Positions 41,654 to 49,672 of a stretch of 64,000 nucleotides of DNA are shown piece by piece. Origin of the DNA: Minisyncoccota bacterium. Its GTDB lineage: Bacteria; Patescibacteriota; Minisyncoccia; Phycocordibacterales; Phycocordibacteraceae. Within the stretch, counting starts at the first letter, position 1; each line of letters begins with the position of its first letter. The notes beneath the pieces were generated by a model that was given only the letters and a program-made list of their open reading frames with translations, made no database searches and was not told the DNA's origin. The stretch is from positions 16-64,015 of the forward strand of contig JALHQL010000006.1 in NCBI GenBank assembly GCA_022841985.1. Reading direction: 5' to 3'. A program made the translations under genes and the position numbers.

Positions 41654-43147
41654 AAATTGGAAATCGGAATTGGAAGCCGAAATGGGGTCGGCGCGAAGCG
41701 CCGACACAAACGCATTCCCGCCAAGAATTCCCGAATTCAAAAGGTTTTTCCACGCTCCGCGTGGCTCAAAAAAGACGGTTCGATCCTTAATTTGAAAGTT
41801 CGAACCGACTTTTTTGTACAAATGAAGTTTTTCTTCATTTGTACACTCGTTTGCCAATTCCATATTGTATTTCAAAAACTTTTCGGTAAGTTCGAACCGA
41901 TTATTCGCTTTTTGCTCAAAAGCCGATAATTTCTCTTTGAGAAGCTGTTTAGAGCTAACCAAGGCATTTTTGGCGTCGCGATATTCTTCGAGCGACAAAG
42001 CGTTTTCGAGATAAGCATTCATCAGCTTCTCAATCTTGGAATTCAAAAGAGAAATATCGGCTTTTGTTTTGTCTGCAAAAAGCGTAGACGATTGGGCTTC
42101 ACTCAACATATCTTTTCTATTTTCCGCCAACATCCAAGAAGCCCAATCGTCGGGCAAAGAAACTTTTTTGATTTCCTTTTGAATTTCTGAAGTGATGATT
42201 TCTTCGCGACTATACTTTTGTGCGCAAGGATTTTTCCGTTTGGTACATCGCAAATAGTTATGACCTTTCTGCGTTTCGGTGGTAATGAAGCAACCACATT
42301 CTCCGCAACGGAAAAATCCTCTGTACAAAAATGGTTTCAATCCTCGCGACTTCGGTTTAGATTTTCTCATCATCACTTCCTGAACAAAATCAAAAAGTTT
42401 CTTTGTGATAATCGGTTCGTGCTTTCCCTCAAAAATCTCACCATTATATTTCATCAGTCCTGTATAGATAGGATTTTTGAGAAGTTTTTGATAATTCGAC
42501 ACCGCAAGTTCCTTTCCGCTTTTTCGTTTCAATCCAAGTCCGTTAAATTTGTCGCGAAGCTCCCGCAAAGTGAAAGACCCAGACGAATATGCCTCAAATG
42601 TTTTCTTGATTAAGGGTGCGATATTTTTATCAACAACAATTCTCCCGCCGACATTTAGATAGCCAAGTGGAGACATTTGAGGCCATATTCCGTCTTTCAC
42701 TTTGTTTCGCTTACCACGCTTTATATTCTCACTAAGGTTATCTACATAATACTTGGATTGCGAAAAAGCGATGGAAAGCATGAATTTGCCTTGCGGTGTC
42801 GGATCACACCAGAAAGTTGGAAATTTTAGCTCGGCAAGTTTTTCCGTATCGAGCAAGTAGATAATTTTTCCACCATCAACACTATTTCTCGCCAATCTGT
42901 CGGGATGCCATGCCAAAATCCCATTTGCTTCGCCTTGCTCGATACGGAGAAGCATTTCATTAAATACTGGCCGACCTGGTGCTTTAGCAGTTTGTTTCTC
43001 TACAAAAATATCTACCACCTCGATTTGTTCTTTAACCGCCAACTCTTTGAGTTCGGCCAGTTGATCGGAAATGCTTCTCACTTGCCGATCCTCTGTATCG
43101 GTTGATTTGCGAGTGTATATAAAAAACTTTCTGGTGTGATTATTCAT
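41585..43147 (-). CDS. Large serine recombinase (resolvase + recombinase + Zn ribbon + coiled coil)
   Basis: YTRKST (catalytic Ser), DRLARN, LLKNPIYTG, HEPII, CGECG...YLRC. Confidence 0.95.
   Translation of the reverse strand: MNNHTRKFFIYTRKSTDTEDRQVRSISDQLAELKELAVKEQIEVVDIFVEKQTAKAPGRPVFNEMLLRIEQGEANGILAWHPDRLARNSVDGGKIIYLLDTEKLAELKFPTFWCDPTPQGKFMLSIAFSQSKYYVDNLSENIKRGKRNKVKDGIWPQMSPLGYLNVGGRIVVDKNIAPLIKKTFEAYSSGSFTLRELRDKFNGLGLKRKSGKELAVSNYQKLLKNPIYTGLMKYNGEIFEGKHEPIITKKLFDFVQEVMMRKSKPKSRGLKPFLYRGFFRCGECGCFITTETQKGHNYLRCTKRKNPCAQKYSREEIITSEIQKEIKKVSLPDDWASWMLAENRKDMLSEAQSSTLFADKTKADISLLNSKIEKLMNAYLENALSLEEYRDAKNALVSSKQLLKEKLSAFEQKANNRFELTEKFLKYNMELANECTNEEKLHLYKKVGSNFQIKDRTVFFEPRGAWKNLLNSGILGGNAFVSALRADPISASNSDFQFWRRGRDSNSRYLTVRWISSPLH
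41648..41768 (+). repeat. 121-bp repeat A (inverted copy at 43169-43289)
   Basis: ccgccaaaattggaaatc...ccacgctccgcgtggctca matches the reverse complement of 43169-43289 by eye. Confidence 0.92.
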
Positions 43148-43168
43148 AATATTGTATTGGCAAACGAG

Positions 43169-43289
43169 TGAGCCACGCGGAGCGTGGAAAAACCTTTTGA
43201 ATTCGGGAATTCTTGGCGGGAATGCGTTTGTGTCGGCGCTTCGCGCCGACCCCATTTCGGCTTCCAATTCCGATTTCCAATTTTGGCGG
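43169..43289 (-). repeat. 121-bp repeat A' (inverted)
   Basis: tgagccacgcgg...ccaattttggcgg. Confidence 0.92.
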
Positions 43290-43558
43290 TGTGTATTGGA
43301 CGAAGTTCGAATGTATTTCGGACAAAATCCGCAGGATTTTGACGACTAATCGCACGCGCGGAGCGCGTGGTGGCTTGAAACTGCATTGTACGCTCCGATA
43401 CTGTGCCAACACGAACGAATGCGCCTCGGACACGCTCGCGGACTCGCGTGTGCAAAAACCAAAAAATTTCCTTGCATTTTTCTCGCGTCTCCTCCCCCCA
43501 CCCCTCCACCGCGAAGCGGAAAAAGAAATGGAAAGGAAATTTTTGGTTTTGCTTCGCC
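43284..43558 (-). repeat. 275-bp repeat B' (inverted copy of 49219-49493)
   Basis: tggcggtgtgtattggacg...ggttttgcttcgcc; identical shadow ORFs appear at both places in the ORF track. Confidence 0.93.
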
Positions 43559-43604
43559 GTAGCCATAACAATATTATTTTGCACACTTGTATTATAACTT
43601 AACA

Positions 43605-43634
43605 TTGAGTCAAAACACAAGAGAGTGCTATAAT
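43605..43634 (+). promoter_or_regulatory. Sigma70 promoter of RM operon
   Basis: TTGAGT-18 nt-TATAAT with TGn extension. Confidence 0.6.
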
Positions 43635-43662
43635 TAACCATGTTGATAAGTTTTTATATAAT

Positions 43663-43872
43663 ATGGCAAAATCCACAGCACAAAAATTTGGTGAGAACAT
43701 GAAAAAGATACGGCTCGAAAAAGGTATGTCGCAAGGCGACATTTGCCGTGAGTTAGGGTTAGACCGAGCGTATATTAGTAATGTTGAGAATGGCAAACAA
43801 AATCTTACCATTAGCACAATGGAAAAGGTCGCCAAGGCGCTGAGTGTGAGTATTGATATACTTCTGAAATAA
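43663..43872 (+). CDS. XRE-family HTH protein, probable RM controller (C protein)
   Basis: KGMSQGD...LDRAYISNVENGKQNLTI; directly precedes MTase/REase. Confidence 0.88.
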   Translation: MAKSTAQKFGENMKKIRLEKGMSQGDICRELGLDRAYISNVENGKQNLTISTMEKVAKALSVSIDILLK

Positions 43873-43879
43873 TAATCAT

Positions 43880-45544
43880 ATGGCAAAGTTAAAAGACACC
43901 CCAAAACATGATAGACCTCGCGAGAAATTTCTCGAAAAAGGAAGCGACGCTCTGACCGACAGTGAGTTGTTGGCTATTTTGCTTGGAAGCGGTATCAAAG
44001 GAACCAACGTCAAATTACTTGCACAAAAAATATCTCGAAAATTTGGTGACAAGCTCATGGATGCGACAGTGGAGGATCTCGTACAGATTCCGGGTATCGG
44101 AAATGCCAAAGCTCTGCAAATTGCCTCAATGTTTGCACTGGCAAATCGAATGTATGAAAAGCACAACGGGGATGAGGAGCACAAAGTATTATCGGCGCTT
44201 GATGCAGCACGATTAGTCCCCGAATTAAAAACCGCAAAAAAGGAACATCTGGTTTGTCTTTACCTTAATGCACGAAGTGTATTGGTTCACAAAGAGATTG
44301 TTTCAGTTGGCACATTGGACAAAAGTATTATTCACCCCCGAGAAGTTTTTGCGCCTGGACTTGAAAAGCACGCCGCGAGCGTCATAGTTATTCATAATCA
44401 CCCATCAGGCGACCCTTCACCGAGTGACGAAGATAAACAAGTTGCCGCTCGAATTGTCGAAGCAGGCAAAATTGTCGGTATCAACGTACTTGATTTTCTT
44501 ATTATCGCGGAGCGAGGTGTACACAGCATTCTCGCAGAGTTGCAAAAAGTTGAGCCGAAAGCAACCGATTATGTTGCCGAAGGCAACCAAGGATCACTTT
44601 TTGATCTGCTTGTGGATTCTCGCCATATGTATTTTCTCGGAGTAAACGATAAAGCACCCGAACCTATAACAAAAACCAAACATAAGTTTATCGATCTCTT
44701 TGCAGGTATTGGTGGTTTCCATGTTGCCTTTCATAATGCGGGCGCTGAATGTGTGTTTGTGTCCGAATGGGACGAAAAAGCGCGAACTACGTACAGACAC
44801 AACTTTTATAAAGTATCTCCCGATATATTTAGAAATGGCAATTTCGTTGGCGATATCACTAAGGTGAACGAAAAAGAAATGCCTGATTTTGACATCATTA
44901 CGGGCGGCTTTCCTTGCCAGCCATTTTCACAAGCAGGTTTCAAGAAAGGTTTTAATGAAGCACGCGGCACATTGTTTTTTGATGTAGTTCGCCTTATGAA
45001 AGAAAAGAAACCTAAGGCATTTTTCCTTGAAAACGTGCGGGGTCTTTACGCACACGATGGAGGAAAAACATTTGAAACAATTAAGCGCATCATTGAAGAA
45101 GATCTCGGCTATTCATTCCATGCAAAAATCATTAAAGCATCAGATTTTGGTATGCCACAACACCGTCCGCGTTTGTTTATGGTCGGTTTCAGGGACGGAC
45201 ATGATTTTGAATGGCCCGAACCAGTCAATGAATTGAAATACACAATGTCCGATATTTTCGGTGGAAAGTGTAATAAAGATGTCGGCTTTACACTTCGTGT
45301 AGGAGGTCGCGGAAGCCAGATCACTGATCGACGCAACTGGGACGCGTATCGCGTGGATGGAAAAGTAGTCCAGCTCGGACCTAAAGAGGGCTTGAAAATG
45401 CAAGGATTCCCCGAGTGGTTTGAGTTTCCTGAAGATGTATCGTCAGTACAGTCTATGAAGCAGCTCGGCAACTCTGTCGCTGTACCTGCAATTCAAGCTG
45501 TTGCGGAAAGAATAATTGAAACACTAGAAAAATATGACAAATAA
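43880..45544 (+). CDS. RadC(JAB)-DNA cytosine-5 methyltransferase fusion
   Basis: RPREK..ELLAILL, HNHPSGDPSPS, then DLFAGIGG, GFPCQPFS, ENV, HRPR, KQLGNSV in one frame. Confidence 0.92.
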   Translation: MAKLKDTPKHDRPREKFLEKGSDALTDSELLAILLGSGIKGTNVKLLAQKISRKFGDKLMDATVEDLVQIPGIGNAKALQIASMFALANRMYEKHNGDEEHKVLSALDAARLVPELKTAKKEHLVCLYLNARSVLVHKEIVSVGTLDKSIIHPREVFAPGLEKHAASVIVIHNHPSGDPSPSDEDKQVAARIVEAGKIVGINVLDFLIIAERGVHSILAELQKVEPKATDYVAEGNQGSLFDLLVDSRHMYFLGVNDKAPEPITKTKHKFIDLFAGIGGFHVAFHNAGAECVFVSEWDEKARTTYRHNFYKVSPDIFRNGNFVGDITKVNEKEMPDFDIITGGFPCQPFSQAGFKKGFNEARGTLFFDVVRLMKEKKPKAFFLENVRGLYAHDGGKTFETIKRIIEEDLGYSFHAKIIKASDFGMPQHRPRLFMVGFRDGHDFEWPEPVNELKYTMSDIFGGKCNKDVGFTLRVGGRGSQITDRRNWDAYRVDGKVVQLGPKEGLKMQGFPEWFEFPEDVSSVQSMKQLGNSVAVPAIQAVAERIIETLEKYDK

Positions 45545-46625
45545 AACTAAAACAACTCTCACAGGTAACAAAGGCGAATGGTCTGAGTTCTATGCCTTTA
45601 TTAAAATCCTGACTGACGGGAAAGTTTTTACTGCTGACAAAAATCTAAAAATCCTTGAGGAACATTTTCATATTGTCCTAAAAATTATCCGACAAGAAGC
45701 GATTGGAAAGAAAGAATACGACATCTCAAGAAACGATGGCAAAGTTATTGTATCTGATGAAAATGCAGAGATATCAATAATTGATCTTGAAAAAATCAAA
45801 GGGAGTGTCGCCAACGTTTTTGAGCAAATTAAAAATTCCAAAGGCACGACATTTGAAGTCGCGAGCGCGGCAAGTCCGATGCACGATCTTCACTGTACTC
45901 AAATGCGTGCTTCGAGTGGTAAAAAAGCCGACTTGACCATTGTTCTGCATGATAAAAAATCTCCCGAATTCCCAGAACTCGGTTTCAGTATCAAATCAAT
46001 GCTCGGTTCTCCGGCAACACTCCTAAATGCTTCTGGTGCTACAAATTTTCTATACCGCATTGCAACAGAAGATAATAAGCCCGTACAAAGTAGTGATGAT
46101 ATGTCGGTGAGAGATGCGACAAAACTGACGTATGGTGTCGGTGCACAACTTGAGTTTATTGGAATGGATAGCGATGTTTTCCGTCGTAATCTGCGAAAAA
46201 TTGATTCCATATTTCCCGAAATAGTTGCTCAAATGTTGCGACATTACTACATGGGAGAAGCGACTACAATCAATGATCTCGCAAACAAAATTGCAGATGA
46301 TTCCGTCTTTATGGAGCGAATCGACTTTACCAAAGAAATGCTGATAATGAACATCAAACGTTTCCTATCAAGCATTGCCCTCGGAATGATGCCAAGCAAA
46401 GATTGGGACGGATACACCGAAGCGCATGGCGGATATATCATCGTTAAAGAAGACGGTGATGTTGTCTGCTACCATCTCTATAACCGCGACAAATTTGAGG
46501 ACTATCTATTCCATAACACAAAACTCGATACGCCTAGCACTACTCGTCATGGATTTGGGAAAATCTATAAAGAAAATGACGAACAAAGAATGAAGCTTAA
46601 TTTACAAATACGATTTTTGAAATAA
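45534..46625 (+). CDS. Type II restriction endonuclease, HpaII family
   Basis: GNKGEWSEFY, KAD, GFSIKSMLGSPATLLNASGATNF, LNLQIRF; overlaps MTase. Confidence 0.85.
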   Translation: MTNKTKTTLTGNKGEWSEFYAFIKILTDGKVFTADKNLKILEEHFHIVLKIIRQEAIGKKEYDISRNDGKVIVSDENAEISIIDLEKIKGSVANVFEQIKNSKGTTFEVASAASPMHDLHCTQMRASSGKKADLTIVLHDKKSPEFPELGFSIKSMLGSPATLLNASGATNFLYRIATEDNKPVQSSDDMSVRDATKLTYGVGAQLEFIGMDSDVFRRNLRKIDSIFPEIVAQMLRHYYMGEATTINDLANKIADDSVFMERIDFTKEMLIMNIKRFLSSIALGMMPSKDWDGYTEAHGGYIIVKEDGDVVCYHLYNRDKFEDYLFHNTKLDTPSTTRHGFGKIYKENDEQRMKLNLQIRFLK

Positions 46626-46737
46626 AAAATTGCCAGATGTTGTGTAAGCAAGACAATCGAACGAAGTTGGGGAAATAAGCCACAAAGCGAAAAGTGCTTG
46701 ATTTGTATTGATAAGAGAGTAATCCTTACTTTGGCGC

Positions 46738-46766
46738 TTGACTCCTTATTTTAAGGCGCGTATAAT
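46738..46766 (+). promoter_or_regulatory. Near-consensus sigma70 promoter
   Basis: TTGACT-17 nt-TATAAT, 37 nt before ATG 46804. Confidence 0.75.
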
Positions 46767-46803
46767 AGATACGCGGTTATTTATTTTACTTATCAATCAA
46801 TTT

Positions 46804-47031
46804 ATGGAAGAAAAATCATCGGTAAATAAGTCAAAAATTGAGAAAAAGATGAACGTTATCATTTCTTTGCTTTTGAAAATTGCAAATGATGGGGGTACGG
46901 TAAGTCTAAAAGAGCAAGTGCGTGACCTTGCCTCATTTGGTTTGGATTCAGCAGAGATTGCCGAAATTACAGGTAAAAAGGTGGGGCATGTTAGTAAAGA
47001 ATTATCAGTATTAAAAAAGGAGAGTAAATAG
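46804..47031 (+). CDS. Small HTH protein 1 (75 aa)
   Basis: FGLDSAEIAEITGKKVGHVSKEL. Confidence 0.8.
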   Translation: MEEKSSVNKSKIEKKMNVIISLLLKIANDGGTVSLKEQVRDLASFGLDSAEIAEITGKKVGHVSKELSVLKKESK

Positions 47032-47034
47032 CCT

Positions 47035-47256
47035 ATGGAAAACAAAAATGACATTTTACAACAAGTCTCGAAGAAACTGAGTATTTTAATCGCACTCCAG
47101 CTTCAGGGTGAGAATAAAGTGGTTGAGGTAAAAGAAAACGTGGAAAAACTTTCCAGATTCGGACTTACAGACAGTGAGATCGCAGAAATCCTCGGCACCA
47201 CAGCAGGTACCGTATCAGTTGCTAAAGCTAGAATTAAAAAAGCTAGATCAAAATAA
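47035..47256 (+). CDS. Small HTH protein 2 (73 aa)
   Basis: FGLTDSEIAEILGTTAGTVSVAK. Confidence 0.82.
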   Translation: MENKNDILQQVSKKLSILIALQLQGENKVVEVKENVEKLSRFGLTDSEIAEILGTTAGTVSVAKARIKKARSK

Positions 47257-47259
47257 AGT

Positions 47260-47436
47260 ATGGCAAAGAATAAACAAAATCGTGATCCCCTTGAAGACGT
47301 GCGAGAAACTCTAAAAAGTATTCTCGTACTAGAATTATTTAAGTTAAATATTCCGCAGGTGGATATTGCTAAAAAGTTGCGAATGGACTTAAACGCGGTG
47401 AATGCCTTCCTGAAAGGAATTAAGAAAGATAAATAA
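47260..47436 (+). CDS. Small HTH protein 3 (58 aa, below ORF-track cutoff)
   Basis: Hand translation MAKNKQNRDPLEDVRETLKSILVLELFKLNIPQVDIAKKLRMDLNAVNAFLKGIKKDK. Confidence 0.78.
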   Translation: MAKNKQNRDPLEDVRETLKSILVLELFKLNIPQVDIAKKLRMDLNAVNAFLKGIKKDK

Positions 47437-47437
47437 T

Positions 47438-47602
47438 ATGGGTAGAAAAACTAAAAGCGAAAAACTGGAGCCTTTGGAGGAGATTAAACGACTACTTGTT
47501 CTCGGGCTTATAAATCAGGGCGTAAAAGGAAAAGACATCGCCGCCATTCTGGAGGTTGATCCAGCAATTATTAGTCGTTTGATTTCATCTACGAAAAAAT
47601 AG
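47438..47602 (+). CDS. Small HTH protein 4 (54 aa, below ORF-track cutoff)
   Basis: Hand translation MGRKTKSEKLEPLEEIKRLLVLGLINQGVKGKDIAAILEVDPAIISRLISSTKK. Confidence 0.78.
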   Translation: MGRKTKSEKLEPLEEIKRLLVLGLINQGVKGKDIAAILEVDPAIISRLISSTKK

Positions 47603-47605
47603 TAT

Positions 47606-48184
47606 ATGGCAGACCGACTCAACCCCGACATTATGGAGGTACTCGTTAAGAAGACGGATAAGACAGCCGAACAAATTCGTCCGCGCCTCTCTGAACTTCG
47701 TCGCAAGTATAGCGGTCTCACAATGAACGCTGCTGCTCAGATGTACGCACAATCGCACGGCACTTCCATTATGACGAAGCTTGACCAAGGCGACCGACAA
47801 TCGCTCGCTACGGTACAAGCAATTACTCAAGTGAGCGTATCCAGCGTTTCAAAGGTAGATAAACGCACGCTAAATATAAATAACTCGCCGATACATAACC
47901 TTTCATTTGGTGACCGAAATCAAATAAATCAAAGTGTTGTGACGCTCGACAATGCACTCACTGAGTTATCTGAAAAAATCAGCAAAAGCACAGTACTGAC
48001 TGACGACGAAAAGAATGACTACAAGTCTGATATACAAACTATTGCAAGTCAGGCTGGAAAAAGTAAACCGAACAGGCAAATCATCAAAGTAGCATGGGAG
48101 AGCGTTAAGGCGCTTGCGGACATAGAAGGCTTTGCCCAATTGGTCGGCAGGATTACTCCGCTTATTCAAGGATTTTTTTCATAA
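47606..48184 (+). CDS. Hypothetical protein: shared N-terminal domain plus helical C-terminal domain
   Basis: 192 aa, tightly packed in operon; N-terminus resembles next gene. Confidence 0.82.
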   Translation: MADRLNPDIMEVLVKKTDKTAEQIRPRLSELRRKYSGLTMNAAAQMYAQSHGTSIMTKLDQGDRQSLATVQAITQVSVSSVSKVDKRTLNINNSPIHNLSFGDRNQINQSVVTLDNALTELSEKISKSTVLTDDEKNDYKSDIQTIASQAGKSKPNRQIIKVAWESVKALADIEGFAQLVGRITPLIQGFFS

Positions 48185-48185
48185 T

Positions 48186-48887
48186 ATGTCTCAACGCCTT
48201 GATCCAATTCTATTAAAGAAACTTGCCGATAAAATTGGTAAGTCCATCAAATATACGCGCGAGCAAAATGCCAAACGTGCTTCAAGAGCGGGCGTTTCTT
48301 CCGAAGCCTATTTTTTATATTGGCTGAAAGAAAAGAAAATTGGCTTTCAAAAGTACAAGCGTTCTTTGCCTGTTGATGTTCAAAACGAAGCAAGAACACT
48401 CACAGGCACTCCACAACACACAACAAGCACCACATCTAATCGTGTGGGACACACCGAAACACTCACTGCTTCATCGCGCTATATCGATTTACTCGAAATG
48501 ATTCAGGATGATGAGCTTAGAGATAGATGTGCGGATCTTATAAAACGACCAAGGAATCATGACAGAGTTTTTAGAGAAGCCACAACTATTCTTGAACATC
48601 GGGTCAAGAATTTGAGTGGTATTACACAAAGAATGAACCCGCAAGCATTAATTGGGAAAGCAATTGCGCCTGATCCTGCGCGAGCTATTTTAGTGGTCAG
48701 CAGTGATTCCAGTGAGCAAGAAGGTTTTTACAAAATTTGCGCTGGTATTGAAGCAGCATTCCGCAACCGCACCCATCATGAAGTCTCGAACAAGCTCACA
48801 CGTAATGACGCGATAAAATTTTGTGGCTTCATTGACTCACTGTTACTTGTGCTTGTTAATGCAGAAGTACATCAAGAACGGATTTAG
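48186..48887 (+). CDS. TIGR02391/Ymh-like (HEPN) domain protein
   Basis: FREATTILEHRVK, SEQEG, FRNRTHH (R-x4-H), DA....FIDSLL. Confidence 0.8.
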   Translation: MSQRLDPILLKKLADKIGKSIKYTREQNAKRASRAGVSSEAYFLYWLKEKKIGFQKYKRSLPVDVQNEARTLTGTPQHTTSTTSNRVGHTETLTASSRYIDLLEMIQDDELRDRCADLIKRPRNHDRVFREATTILEHRVKNLSGITQRMNPQALIGKAIAPDPARAILVVSSDSSEQEGFYKICAGIEAAFRNRTHHEVSNKLTRNDAIKFCGFIDSLLLVLVNAEVHQERI

Positions 48888-49218
48888 CTAAAGGGAGCCG
48901 TCCACGTCAGTGGACGGGCTTCTGTGCGCGCATAGGGTGGGTGGGGCAAGCACATACAGATTTGTTTGTGCCCTAGCACAATCCATTTTTCTTTGAGTAA
49001 CTACTAACCTCTCTCGAAGTCACTGAGCGAACGCACACAACGCCGAAGCAGCCAGCGCGAGCGAATGCGAGCGGGCTATGTGTAGGCGGTTGTGTGTGTT
49101 CGCGGACGTTAGAGCTACTACTAAACGTCGCTATGGCACGCGCCTCGGTCGCCACAAGGAAATGGAGCAAACGGGCTTCAATGTGATAACTTTGTTGCCC
49201 TTTGTGGAGTTTCCTTGT

Positions 49219-49493
49219 GGCGAAGCAAAACCAAAAATTTCCTTTCCATTTCTTTTTCCGCTTCGCGGTGGAGGGGTGGGGGGAGGAGACGCGAGAAAAA
49301 TGCAAGGAAATTTTTTGGTTTTTGCACACGCGAGTCCGCGAGCGTGTCCGAGGCGCATTCGTTCGTGTTGGCACAGTATCGGAGCGTACAATGCAGTTTC
49401 AAGCCACCACGCGCTCCGCGCGTGCGATTAGTCGTCAAAATCCTGCGGATTTTGTCCGAAATACATTCGAACTTCGTCCAATACACACCGCCA
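49219..49493 (+). repeat. 275-bp repeat B ending in CCGCCA (attR-like)
   Basis: Reverse complement of 43284-43558; last 6 nt equal the tRNA-Ser 3' end. Confidence 0.92.
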
Positions 49494-49672
49494 GAAGTCC
49501 GAGTTAGAACCAAAGCAAAGTAAGGGTTTTAATACAACTAAACTCAAAATAAAACATCCATCTAAAATATGGGTGTTTTGCTTATTGGTGGCACTTATCC
49601 ACAATAGGGCACTTTACAAGAAAGAGATAATTGTATAGGATCATACTATCACTTAACAGCTATCATTAATTT

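Noticed and set aside
43140-43641. Overlapping ORFs here and their near-identical counterparts at 48973-49523
   Set aside because: They arise from the A'/B'/B repeats, are open in several frames and have no protein-like composition. Only the 43152-43349 frame is meaningful, as an alternative recombinase tail.
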